A stretch of DNA of 61,630 nucleotides from Deinococcales bacterium. GTDB taxonomy: Bacteria > Deinococcota > Deinococci > Deinococcales > JAAFIG01. The DNA is taken from contig JANNVX010000054.1 of the NCBI GenBank assembly GCA_031414595.1, positions 1 through 61,630 of the forward strand, read 5' to 3'. Each line of letters begins with the position of its first letter. Within the stretch, counting starts at the first letter, position 1. The notes below the pieces were generated by a model, which was not told the DNA's origin, did no database searches, and saw nothing but the letters and a program-made list of their open reading frames with translations. Below are positions 27,559 to 37,397 of the stretch, piece by piece. The position numbers and the translations under genes were made by a program.

Positions 27559-29817
27559 TTAGGATTGCATCGGCTTGGACATTTCTCGCCAAATTGTTTC
27601 TGGTCTGGCGGGTAGCTCGAGAATCCGCACCCCAACCGCATCAAAAATCGCGTTGCTGATGGCGGCTGCACCCGGCACAAGTGGCGGTTCGCCGACCACC
27701 CGAGCGCCAAACGGGGCGGAATCCGACGGGTTTTCGACCATGATGGTCTCGAGCGGTGGAATATCGCTGGCTCTTGGGAAAACATACTCGAGAAAATTAG
27801 CTGTGGCATGTCCAGCCACTTCGTCGTAACGCATGGCTTCGTATAAACCCATACCAATGCCTTGGGCTGTGCCGCCGTGCATTTGCCCTTGGACAAGTGT
27901 CGGGTTTAAGGCGAACCCGACATCTTGAATCGCCACTTGCGCCAAAGGGGTCACAAAACCCGTATCTGGGTCAACATGAACTTTTGCCAGATGGACTGCA
28001 AAACCCGGCGCACCCGATTTCATGGCACTGCGTCCCTCGGCAACAATTGGACCATCGCCGCCAGCTTTGCGTTGGGCAATTCCAGCCAGTTTAGCGATTG
28101 TTATGCCTTTGTCTGGCACGCCTCTCACTTGGGCTTGACCATTTTTAAGCTCTAAATCTTCGATGTGCGCCTCGAGTTCCGAAGCCGCCAGTTTTAAGAG
28201 TTGTTGTTTGACACTGTTCGAGGCATCCAGTACCGCTCCCGAAACACTGACCGTGACTTGCGAACCACCCGAGGCTGGGGCATACGGACCCATGTTGGTA
28301 TCACCTTGGACAAGTTCAATTTGTTCTGGGTCTATGCTTAGGGTTTCGGCTACCACCAAGACCAAAGAACTATGCACCCCGCTAATGTCCACACTGCCAA
28401 CTTGAAGCCGCACTGTGCCGTCGGGTTCGATGCGGCAAACTGCTCCAGCCGGCGAGAACGCCCCGCCCCATGCACCGACGGCAATACCAAGACCGACATT
28501 GGGTTCTCGAGCTTCAGACATGAACGGATGGATTTTGGCTCGAGACAGCACATCACGCATTCCAATTCCGCCCCATGTTGCCCCAGTACCCGTCGGATCG
28601 CCAGCCTCGACTGCATGTTGTAAGCGCCATTCAATCGGGTCAGCCCCAACACGACGAATCAGTTCATCTACCAAAGACTCGAGAACAAAAGAAACCTGCG
28701 GCGCACCCGGCGCACGGTATGCGCCACCTTGGGGTTTATGGGTAGACAATTGGCGAATACTGGCGCGAAAATTTGGGCATTTGTATGTGCCACCAAATAA
28801 CATCGCCACAATCCCACCAAAACCAAATGGGAAAACCCCATTGTCCATATCCACATCTGCCTCGAGCGCCAAAAGCTGACCTGAAGCAGTGGCGGCTAAA
28901 CGCGCTCTGAATTCTGTGGCTGGGGCTGGGGTTGTGGTGATCATGTCTTCACTTCGGGTCAGCACCATTTTGATGGGTTTATTTAATGCCATGGCAATGG
29001 CTGCCACAAGCGGTTCAATCAGCCCGTATTTTGCACCAAAACCACCGCCAACCGTCATTGGCACAACCCGCACTTTGCGCTCTGGCATATTTAATAGCCG
29101 CGCCACTTCAGAACGCACTGCAAATTGCCCTTGGGTACTCGAGTAAACCGTCAGTTCTGTTCCCGGCACAACCACTGCCGCATGAGGCTCGAGGTACGCC
29201 TGATGCACCCATGGGGTTTTGAAGCTATGCTCGAGAATAATATCGGCACTGGCAAAAGCGGCGGTTACATCGCCGCGAGAAAAATTTCGGGTCTCGAGGA
29301 TGTTAGAACCAGATTTTTCTTCCGAAGCCCCTGCACTGGTGTCGCCGTGCAGGGCGGTTAAATCCGCCCCTTCTTTGGGAACACCATGCTGCCAAACGAT
29401 AATCTGGTCTTCTCGAGCCACTTGCATGTCTGGCACAACAGGGAGTTCATCGTATTCAATGTCTATTAGCATTGCCGCATCTGAGGCAATTTCGGCTGTT
29501 TTTGCCACCACCGCCACGATTGGCTGACCCGCAAACAAGACCACATCCTTAGCCAGAATTGCACTCGAGCGCGAATTGATTATTTTATGACGGGTCGGTA
29601 AGTCTTCGGCTGTCAGCACTGCCACCACACCATCTACGGCTTTTGCATCCCCCAGATGAAGCGCCCTAATTTTGGCATGGGCATAGACGCTCAGCACCAA
29701 TTTAACATGCAGCATCCCCGCGAATTCAAGGTCTGCCACATACTGGGCTTGACCAAGCACTTTTTCCAAACCATCAATGATTTTACGACCCTTACCAAGG
29801 TGAATAAATTCGGACAT
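27559..29817 (-). CDS. Xanthine dehydrogenase family molybdopterin-binding subunit
   Basis: VGGGFGAK, AYRAPG, SGGSQ, GQMHGG.AQG, VGEPP. Confidence 0.92.
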   Translation of the reverse strand: MSEFIHLGKGRKIIDGLEKVLGQAQYVADLEFAGMLHVKLVLSVYAHAKIRALHLGDAKAVDGVVAVLTAEDLPTRHKIINSRSSAILAKDVVLFAGQPIVAVVAKTAEIASDAAMLIDIEYDELPVVPDMQVAREDQIIVWQHGVPKEGADLTALHGDTSAGASEEKSGSNILETRNFSRGDVTAAFASADIILEHSFKTPWVHQAYLEPHAAVVVPGTELTVYSSTQGQFAVRSEVARLLNMPERKVRVVPMTVGGGFGAKYGLIEPLVAAIAMALNKPIKMVLTRSEDMITTTPAPATEFRARLAATASGQLLALEADVDMDNGVFPFGFGGIVAMLFGGTYKCPNFRASIRQLSTHKPQGGAYRAPGAPQVSFVLESLVDELIRRVGADPIEWRLQHAVEAGDPTGTGATWGGIGMRDVLSRAKIHPFMSEAREPNVGLGIAVGAWGGAFSPAGAVCRIEPDGTVRLQVGSVDISGVHSSLVLVVAETLSIDPEQIELVQGDTNMGPYAPASGGSQVTVSVSGAVLDASNSVKQQLLKLAASELEAHIEDLELKNGQAQVRGVPDKGITIAKLAGIAQRKAGGDGPIVAEGRSAMKSGAPGFAVHLAKVHVDPDTGFVTPLAQVAIQDVGFALNPTLVQGQMHGGTAQGIGMGLYEAMRYDEVAGHATANFLEYVFPRASDIPPLETIMVENPSDSAPFGARVVGEPPLVPGAAAISNAIFDAVGVRILELPARPETIWREMSKPMQS

Positions 29818-29895
29818 GGGCTATAGTATACGGGTATGAATAGAATTCAAAGTAGAGATTCTAAAACTTGTTATTTCAATGGGAGAAAATAAACC

Positions 29896-31650
29896 ATGTC
29901 TACAATTAAAATCCGATTAAGATTACTCACTTGGCTTATTCCAGCCTTATTTATAGCCTGTCAAACAACGCCAATAAAAAATTCAATTTCACCTTCAATC
30001 GTTGAAGTGACTTTTGATGGACAAGTAAGCTCGGCTCGGCTTATTCACCCAATCAGAGGTCAATCGCTCCGTCCAGAACAAGACCTTACTTTTACTCGAA
30101 TTGCTTTTAATACCTTTGACCATACGGCAACCAACACCCGTTATATGTACGCCCAATTCTCAGTCATCAGTGCCAATCAAGATTTTGATAACCTCACCCT
30201 TTACGCCTATAACCAAAGCCAAAATAACATTGCTGGAACGGCAATTAAGAACTTGGTTAATTTTAATGATGTGGCACTGACCGACCCGCAAATCGTCCAG
30301 AGTATTAAACCAACCCACCGTCATGTCCTGAACAACACAGTTGCCATAGATGCAGACCATGCCGATTTTCAAGGATTTACCCCATTTGAAGCCCAGAGTT
30401 TAGAAAACCAAGCCTTAACTGCCAATACAATCACCGCCACCGACGACCTTCTCGAGTACGGATTTGTTGCCCGTAACAGCACCGGCGGAGGCAGCTTAAA
30501 CCGTGGTGAATCTGGCACAATTACCCTTGCAGTACGCTTTCTTAAAGACACCCAAGTTGAGCAAATACCACAAAAATTCTCGATGACTTTTATTTTAGCC
30601 AATGAAGTTACTGCTCGCAGCACCCGCGATGTTCAAAGCGATTCCACTTCGGCAACGCTTAGCCGCCATCCAAGTGCCACACCATTTTTAATTGGCACAG
30701 ATGATGTTTCTGCTGGCAATAACCGTATCTATACACCCAATCTTCGGATTTCAAGCACACCCTCATTTTTACTCGAGCCACTTTTGACCAGCACCCCACT
30801 TGGACAAATAGACTTGGCTTGGGATACCAATTTTGCCGCAAATACCACCGACTCGAGTGGAAGCTGGAAATTTACCCCACTGACCTACGGCGATATAGAC
30901 CATACGTCGGCAGGATACCGCTATTTAACCGCAACATTCCGAGTGGAATATATGGGCAGCACTTCACAATCAAATCTTCACCTGCGGGCAATGTCACGTC
31001 CAACAAACATCGCTGGAAGTGCAATTTATGACCTACGACTATTCCCAAACCTAGCCAACCCAGAAGGTGAACAACTTTTAGAACCAACCATTGTTCAAAA
31101 CATCTACCCGCTTCATGCCATGCAGTTAGGCGTGACCACACCTGTTCCCGACTCAAATGCCTCCGGATTTCAAGCCTACCTAAACCAAGAAAGCAACCAA
31201 TTAACCCTAGCCGCCCGTACCCAGAATTTCATCAGCAACCCAGACACAATCCTTGATTATGGCTACCAAATCCAATTGTGCAACCCAAATTGCAATTTTA
31301 ATGGCACGTTTACCAACAACAGCCAAGGACTTGTCTCGATTGCGGTAAGAATCCCACGAAACTTTAGCCTTCCAGTTGTTCCAGCAACTATTCCTCCAAG
31401 CACACGAACTGTCAAACCTTTCAAATTTAAGTTTAGCTTTATCATCAGCAGCGATAATCAACCAAGGGTCAGTCGGGCTATTATTGAAACCACCAGCCAA
31501 GCCCAAGCTCGAGCCGATACCCTAGGAAGCCTAAGCCTACCAAGCCAGATGATGTTGCTAGGTACAGATACCGACACGACCAATAATCCAAAAATTTATC
31601 CAATTCGACTAAAGAGTATCAAAATTGCTAATAACACACAAATTCCGTAA
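29896..31650 (+). CDS. Lipoprotein with two copies of the domain found at the N-terminus of 17407-21165
   Basis: Lipobox FIAC; RY..A.F.V...NL.L...GTAI...Q.I.P...FQ motif twice. Confidence 0.75.
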   Translation: MSTIKIRLRLLTWLIPALFIACQTTPIKNSISPSIVEVTFDGQVSSARLIHPIRGQSLRPEQDLTFTRIAFNTFDHTATNTRYMYAQFSVISANQDFDNLTLYAYNQSQNNIAGTAIKNLVNFNDVALTDPQIVQSIKPTHRHVLNNTVAIDADHADFQGFTPFEAQSLENQALTANTITATDDLLEYGFVARNSTGGGSLNRGESGTITLAVRFLKDTQVEQIPQKFSMTFILANEVTARSTRDVQSDSTSATLSRHPSATPFLIGTDDVSAGNNRIYTPNLRISSTPSFLLEPLLTSTPLGQIDLAWDTNFAANTTDSSGSWKFTPLTYGDIDHTSAGYRYLTATFRVEYMGSTSQSNLHLRAMSRPTNIAGSAIYDLRLFPNLANPEGEQLLEPTIVQNIYPLHAMQLGVTTPVPDSNASGFQAYLNQESNQLTLAARTQNFISNPDTILDYGYQIQLCNPNCNFNGTFTNNSQGLVSIAVRIPRNFSLPVVPATIPPSTRTVKPFKFKFSFIISSDNQPRVSRAIIETTSQAQARADTLGSLSLPSQMMLLGTDTDTTNNPKIYPIRLKSIKIANNTQIP

Positions 31651-31690
31651 CGCAGTTCTCGTGATCGTAAAATTCGGCTATACTGCCACA

Positions 31691-31987
31691 ATGACCTTCC
31701 AGACTTTTGAAAAGGAAATCAGAGAATTCAGTGCTGAAGAATTTGTGTCCTTCAAAACATTCTTTACTGTCTTAGAACAAGAAATGAAAGAACGGTATCT
31801 AGAAGAGTTACGTGAACAAATTCCAAAATTATCTCCCATAGAAGTTCTAAAACTCCCCATCACAGAACGCAACGAAATTTTACGAATGGGTTCTTTAGTC
31901 GCCAGTTTATCTGGCATGTACGACCCGAACAGTGAAATGATGGAATGGATAGACGTTGGAATAGATGATGGAATAGATGATGAATAA
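31691..31987 (+). CDS. Putative antitoxin
   Basis: Small acidic ORF overlapping a PemK/MazF gene; TATACT 6 nt before ATG. Confidence 0.6.
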   Translation: MTFQTFEKEIREFSAEEFVSFKTFFTVLEQEMKERYLEELREQIPKLSPIEVLKLPITERNEILRMGSLVASLSGMYDPNSEMMEWIDVGIDDGIDDE

Positions 31988-32363
31988 ACCTGTTTATGGA
32001 ATGCCACCAGAACTCAAACAAGGCGAAATTTGGTTGGTTAATTTCAACCCAGCCATAGGCACAGAAATTCAAAAAGTACGACCCGCGATTGTTATTTCAT
32101 CCGACAACGCAAGTTCCGAAAGTGTGCGATTAGTTGTACCAATTACGGGTTTGAACCACAAGCACATTGGCGTACCCTGGATCGTCCGAATAGACCCAGA
32201 CGCACAAAATGGACTCGAGAAACCAAGTGTGGCTAATCCAATCATGACCAGAAGCATGACAAACAGTGTTGAACGCTTCAAACACCGCATGGGCAAACTC
32301 GAGGATGGACGCTTGCGAGAATTACTGGCTGCTCTAACAATGGTGACACAAATGAAAAGTTGA
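31980..32363 (+). CDS. PemK/MazF family endoribonuclease toxin
   Basis: QGEIWLVNFNPAIGTEIQKVRPAIVIS...VVPIT...NGLEKPS. Confidence 0.92.
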   Translation: MNKPVYGMPPELKQGEIWLVNFNPAIGTEIQKVRPAIVISSDNASSESVRLVVPITGLNHKHIGVPWIVRIDPDAQNGLEKPSVANPIMTRSMTNSVERFKHRMGKLEDGRLRELLAALTMVTQMKS

Positions 32364-32398
32364 GGCAGCTTCACGCCACCTCAATTTGTTCAAAATCC

Positions 32399-33187
32399 TT
32401 AAACTCGAGCCAGAGCTTTACGCGCCATCACATCCACCAAATGCGCCCTGTATTCAGCACTGGCAACATGGTCTGAAAGTAAATCGGCTGCGTCCACCAA
32501 ACCGCTACTTGCACCAGCCTCGAGCTTGGTAAGCCGCATGGCAGATGCCCCTGCTCCTGTCACGGCGGCTCGAGTGTTGCCACCCGCGTGTTTGACCACG
32601 GCTACACCAACAATTGCATAGCGACTGGCTGGATGGGCAAATTTTTCGTAAGCACTGCCTAGGGTATTTGCGGGGATATGAATTTCGGTCAGCATCTCCC
32701 CTTCTTGAACGGCTGTTTGGAACATGCCAAGAAAAAAATTATCGGCACTGACCACCCGAGCGCCACTCGAGCTTTCGATTTTCATACTCGCCCCAAGCGC
32801 TAACATTGAGGCTGGGTAATCCGCCGCAGGGTCAGCGTGAGCCAGCGCCCCTCCAATTGTGCCTTTGTTACGAACCATCGGGTCGCCAATCAGGGCAGCT
32901 TGCTCGGGCAAAATACGGCACTTCTCTTTTAACAAACTCGAGTGTTCGATTTCACGGTGCGTGGTCATCGCCCCAATCACGATTGTTTCGCCCTCAAGAC
33001 GAATACCTTTAAGACCTTCGATTTGTGAAACATCTATCAGCGCACTTGGCGCAGCCAGACGCAGCTTCATGGTTGGAATAAGCGAATGCCCACCTGCCAG
33101 TAATTTTGCATCGGGATTGGCTGCCAAGGCTGCAAGTGCATCGGCGACACTCGAGACTTTATGGTAATCAAATTCGGCTGTGTACAT
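32399..33187 (-). CDS. coxM: CoxM-like FAD-binding subunit
   Basis: LAGGHSL.P.MKLR, VRNKGTIGG.LAHADPAAD. Confidence 0.92.
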   Translation of the reverse strand: MYTAEFDYHKVSSVADALAALAANPDAKLLAGGHSLIPTMKLRLAAPSALIDVSQIEGLKGIRLEGETIVIGAMTTHREIEHSSLLKEKCRILPEQAALIGDPMVRNKGTIGGALAHADPAADYPASMLALGASMKIESSSGARVVSADNFFLGMFQTAVQEGEMLTEIHIPANTLGSAYEKFAHPASRYAIVGVAVVKHAGGNTRAAVTGAGASAMRLTKLEAGASSGLVDAADLLSDHVASAEYRAHLVDVMARKALARV

Positions 33188-33196
33188 ATGAACTCC

Positions 33197-35563
33197 TTAA
33201 TCGTCGGCGGCTTGGGCAAGTTTTGGCTGCATCACGCGCCAGACTTTCTCGGCGGTGAATGGCATGTCAAGGTGCTTGACTCCAAATGGCTCGAGGGCAT
33301 CAATGACGGCGTTGGCAACGGCGGCGGTACTGGCAATTGTTCCAGCCTCACCGATACCTTTGACCCCCAAGGGGTTATGCGGGCTTGGGGTGACGGTATG
33401 CCCGATTTCGAGTTGCACCATATCGTCGGCTCGAGGCATGGTGTACTCGAGGTACGAACCGCTAATGAGTTGCCCGCTCTTATCGTAAAGCGTGTTCTCG
33501 AGCAGGGCTTGTCCCACCCCTTGGGCAACACCACCATGAATTTGTCCTTCGGCAATTAACGGGTTGATGATTGGTCCACAGTCGTCCACACAGACATAAC
33601 GAATCAGCTTGGTGCTGCCTGTGTCGGAATCTATTTCGACCACCGCCAAGTGCGTTCCAAAAGGATAGACAAAGTTTTTCGGGTCGTAAAAGTGGGTCGC
33701 CTCGAGTCCGGGTTCTAAATCGGCGGGGTAATTGTGGGCAAGGTGCGCCATTAACGAAACATCAAAAAAGGATTTATTGCGTTCTGGTACGCCTTTAACT
33801 TGGAATTTTCCATCCACATGTTCCATGTCTTCACTGCTTGCCTCGAGCAGATGCGCCGCGATTTTCTTAGCTTTATCGGTGATTTTACGGCAAGCCAGTG
33901 TTATTGCACTTAAACCAACAGGAGCGCTTCTCGAGCCGTAACTGCCCCATCCGTGCGGCAGGCGGGCGGTGTCGCCGTGAACCAAACTGACATGTTCGAC
34001 AGGGATTTGTAGTTCATCGGCAACAACCTGTGCAAAAGCAGTTTCGTGTCCTTGTCCGTGGCTATGGCTACCGGTTAGCACTTCAACCATGCCCGTGGCA
34101 GCCACCCGCACCAAGGCAGATTCCCATTGTCCAGCCTGAGCGCCAAGTGACCCAACCAAGGCACTTGGCGCAAGTCCGCAAGCCTCGAGATAAGTGCAAA
34201 CGCCAATGCCAATGTACTTGCCTTGTTTTCGCATTTCGGCTTGTTTGACTCTAAGGGCAGCATAACCCAGTTTCTCGAGTGCCATATCTAGGGCTGGTTC
34301 ATAATTGCCGCTATCGTAAGCAAGGGCAACAGGGGTTTGATACGGGAATTCATCGGGTTGGATAAAGTTTTTGCGGCGAATCTCGGCGGCATCCATGCCC
34401 AACTCGAGGGCTGCCATGCTGACAATCCGTTCAATGAGGTAGGTGGCTTCGGGTCGTCCCGCGCCACGGTAGGCATCCACGCCAACCGTATTGGTATACG
34501 CCCCGCGCACATGGCAATGAATCGCATTCCATTTGTATGTGCCGTTGAGTAACGTGCCGTACAAATAGGTTGGCACGGCTGGGGCAAAAGTGGTTAAGTA
34601 TGCGCCCATATTGGCAATTGTGTCCACCCGCAATGCCAGCAGTTTGCCGTCACTCGAGACAGCCGCCTCAGCCACACTTTCATGGTCACGCCCTTGGGCA
34701 TCAGAAACAAAAGATTCCGAACGCCGCGCTGTCCATTTGACTGGACGACCAACTTTTTTAGCCGCGAATAGCACAATCACTTCTTCGGGGTACTGGAAAA
34801 TTTTACTGCCAAACCCGCCCCCAACATCTGGGCTGACAATCCGCAGTTTATGCTCTGGAATACCCATGATAAACGCCCCAATCATCACCCGATGAATATG
34901 CGGATTTTGGCTGGTGGTGTAAAGCGTGTACTCCTCGCCAGCCCGTTTGTACTCGGCGAGACTGGCGCGTGGTTCGATGGCATTTGCCACCAAACGCTGA
35001 TTTTTTAACTCGAGCCGAATGATTTTATCGGCTTTGGCAAATTCGGCATCAACGGCTGCCGAGTCGCCAATGTTCCAATCAAAAGCCATATTGCCCGGGG
35101 CTTCTGGGTGAACTTGAACCGCGCCTTCTGCTAAAGCATCCGAACCTAAACTTAGACTGTCCAGAACATCATAATCCACATCCACCAAGGCAACCGCATC
35201 CTCAGCAATGGCTCGAGACTCAGCAATCACCACCGCCACAATGTTACCGACATGATTGACTTCTTCGGGTTGAATCGCATGGTGTGCCGAGATTTTTAAG
35301 TCTGGCAACAACCAACCTGTCGGAATCGGGTTGATTCCAGCCCCAACCAAATCCTTACCCGTTAAAACCGCCAGCACACCCGCTAAGGCAAGCGCGGCAC
35401 TCGAGTCAATACTTTTGATTTTCGCATGGGCATACGGGCTGCGAACCATCGCCGCATGAACCATGCCAAGCACCGCAATATCATCGGTGTAATTACCCGC
35501 ACCAGTGATAAAACGCGGGTCTTCAACGCGCTTCATGGCTTGACCAACAAATTTTTGTGTCAT
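33197..35563 (-). CDS. Form II CoxL-like molybdopterin subunit
   Basis: KRVEDPRF, DVGGGFGSK, AYRGAGR (form II), GSRS, KGIGE; ATG 35563 after AGGAG. Confidence 0.92.
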   Translation of the reverse strand: MTQKFVGQAMKRVEDPRFITGAGNYTDDIAVLGMVHAAMVRSPYAHAKIKSIDSSAALALAGVLAVLTGKDLVGAGINPIPTGWLLPDLKISAHHAIQPEEVNHVGNIVAVVIAESRAIAEDAVALVDVDYDVLDSLSLGSDALAEGAVQVHPEAPGNMAFDWNIGDSAAVDAEFAKADKIIRLELKNQRLVANAIEPRASLAEYKRAGEEYTLYTTSQNPHIHRVMIGAFIMGIPEHKLRIVSPDVGGGFGSKIFQYPEEVIVLFAAKKVGRPVKWTARRSESFVSDAQGRDHESVAEAAVSSDGKLLALRVDTIANMGAYLTTFAPAVPTYLYGTLLNGTYKWNAIHCHVRGAYTNTVGVDAYRGAGRPEATYLIERIVSMAALELGMDAAEIRRKNFIQPDEFPYQTPVALAYDSGNYEPALDMALEKLGYAALRVKQAEMRKQGKYIGIGVCTYLEACGLAPSALVGSLGAQAGQWESALVRVAATGMVEVLTGSHSHGQGHETAFAQVVADELQIPVEHVSLVHGDTARLPHGWGSYGSRSAPVGLSAITLACRKITDKAKKIAAHLLEASSEDMEHVDGKFQVKGVPERNKSFFDVSLMAHLAHNYPADLEPGLEATHFYDPKNFVYPFGTHLAVVEIDSDTGSTKLIRYVCVDDCGPIINPLIAEGQIHGGVAQGVGQALLENTLYDKSGQLISGSYLEYTMPRADDMVQLEIGHTVTPSPHNPLGVKGIGEAGTIASTAAVANAVIDALEPFGVKHLDMPFTAEKVWRVMQPKLAQAADD

Positions 35564-35629
35564 AGAACTCCTAAAAGCAGAAGAATGAGGAATTTTCTCT
35601 TTTATCTTTCCTCTTTTCTCCGAAAGCAC

Positions 35630-36121
35630 TTAATCGTCGGCGGCTTGTGCGACCAGTTGACCACTGGCGTGCTGCACTGCTCGGACAATGTTGTGATAAC
35701 CGGTGCAACGACAAAAATTCCCCTCGAGTCCATGACGAATTTCGGATTCAGTGGGTTTTGGGTTGTGCTTGAGTAAATCGGCGGCGCTCATGATCATACC
35801 GGGGGTACAAAAACCACATTGCAAGCCGTGCATTTCCCAAAATCCTGTTTGTAGGGGGTGCAGATTGCCGGTTTCGCCTACCCCTTCGATGGTCGTGACA
35901 CTCGAGCCATTGGCTTGGACTGCAAACATCGTGCAGGACTTGACCGCCATGCCATCCAAATGCACCGTACAAGCGCCACATTGACTGGTATCGCAACCAA
36001 CATGTGTACCTGTCAAATTCAGATGTTCACGCAAATACTGCACCAACAGCGTGCGTGGCTCAACCAGACTCGAGTGCTTTGTGCCGTTGACGCTGATGCT
36101 AATTGGAACTTTGTCTGCCAT
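35630..36121 (-). CDS. coxS: CoxS-like 2x[2Fe-2S] subunit
   Basis: [24 protein letters not shown]. Confidence 0.95.
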   Translation of the reverse strand: MADKVPISISVNGTKHSSLVEPRTLLVQYLREHLNLTGTHVGCDTSQCGACTVHLDGMAVKSCTMFAVQANGSSVTTIEGVGETGNLHPLQTGFWEMHGLQCGFCTPGMIMSAADLLKHNPKPTESEIRHGLEGNFCRCTGYHNIVRAVQHASGQLVAQAADD

Positions 36122-36199
36122 AACAACTCCTTTTTGGACATGTGGACAAATTTTAGTGAATACAATGTGGTGCTTTGGAAAATCAATTACTGCTAGGTT

Positions 36200-36280
36200 G
36201 GGCGAGGCATGCCTCGCCCCTACGGTAGAACTACGGTAGAACTTCTTTCTTGACCATATACACCCTACGGGCAGGGTCGC
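36200..36280. repeat. GTAG REP, short tandem duplication and secondary hairpin element
   Basis: GGGCGAGGCATGCCTCGCCCCTACG (36200-36224); CTACGGTAGAA x2; TCTTGACC...CGGGCAGGGTCGC (36248-36280). Confidence 0.75.
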
Positions 36281-36288
36281 TTCCTCTT

Positions 36289-36774
36289 TTATCTTTCTTG
36301 CTCATAAGACAGCACCTCACGGGCTACTCGCGCTTCCCCTGCCTTTAGCTCCTGCTCGAGTTTGCCAAAAAATAAATCGGCTTGGGCTTTGGCAACCCCA
36401 CCAATTAAACGCGCTCCGACACTGGCAATCATGCCCCCAAGTTGTGGTTCGCCGCTCCAATGAACTCGAGTGGCGTTTTCTTGTGGGTGTAAGGTGACTC
36501 TGCCAATGGCACTGGCAATGCCAACCGACGCTCGCATTTCGACTTTTAGGGTCAGGGCTTGGTTTAAGACCATATCCAAAACACTGACTTTACCGTTAAA
36601 TGTGCCTTTGACTGGACCAACTGCAACCTCCAAAGTGGTTTTGAACACACCCTCAGATTCAATCTCGAGTTTTTTGACACCCGGTACGCACTTGGCAAGC
36701 ATTTGGGGGTCTTGCAGTGCGGCAAAAACGACCTCTGGAGCAGCGTGAATGATGTTATTTCCCTCGAGTTGCAA
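36289..36774 (-). CDS. coxG: CoxG-like SRPBCC protein
   Basis: [38 protein letters not shown] start after GGAG. Confidence 0.85.
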   Translation of the reverse strand: MQLEGNNIIHAAPEVVFAALQDPQMLAKCVPGVKKLEIESEGVFKTTLEVAVGPVKGTFNGKVSVLDMVLNQALTLKVEMRASVGIASAIGRVTLHPQENATRVHWSGEPQLGGMIASVGARLIGGVAKAQADLFFGKLEQELKAGEARVAREVLSYEQER

Positions 36775-36872
36775 TGAAACGCTCCAATGAGCGCTTGGCG
36801 CTCTACAATAATTTGTTTGACTGCCTAAGTTTAGCATATGTGCTATTGGTTCGAGTCAAGGTATGATGAGTT

Positions 36873-37397
36873 ATGTCATTTAATAAAGAAGAAGTTGGGG
36901 CAAGATTGGTCAAAGCAGCCTATCTCGAAGGGGATTTTCTGCTCTCGAGTGGGCAGCGCAGTCGGTATTACATGGATAAATACCGTTTTTGCACCGAACC
37001 AAAGTTATTGCGTGACCTTGCCATTGGCCTAGCGGGTTTGCTTCCCGAAGGAATTACCTGCTTGGCAGGGGTAGAATTGGGGGCTGTGCCACTGGCAACC
37101 GCCGTGTCGCTCGAGACTGGGCTGCCTTTTGTGATTGTTCGTAAAGGCGCTAAGGAATACGGTACAGCCAAACTGATCGAAGGGGTATTGCCCGAGAATG
37201 CCAAAGTTGCTTTGATTGAAGATGTGCTGACCACTGCCTCACAAGCCATCCGAGCCGCCAATTTATTGGTCGAACTTGGGGCAAGGGTTGAGCGAATTGT
37301 CTATGTGGTCAACCGCGAACAAGGCGCACAAGAAAACATTGCGGCGGCTGGTTTTCTTGGCGCGGCGCTCTTTAGTAAAACCAGTCTAGGAATATGA
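36873..37397 (+). CDS. pyrE: Orotate phosphoribosyltransferase
   Basis: F.LSSG.RS.YY.D, RKGAKEYGT, IEDVLTT. Confidence 0.93.
   Translation: MSFNKEEVGARLVKAAYLEGDFLLSSGQRSRYYMDKYRFCTEPKLLRDLAIGLAGLLPEGITCLAGVELGAVPLATAVSLETGLPFVIVRKGAKEYGTAKLIEGVLPENAKVALIEDVLTTASQAIRAANLLVELGARVERIVYVVNREQGAQENIAAAGFLGAALFSKTSLGI

Noticed and set aside
33197-35563. True aerobic CO dehydrogenase
   Set aside because: Has AYRGAGR and S-L-M order (form II), not AYxCSFR; CO oxidation cannot be inferred.
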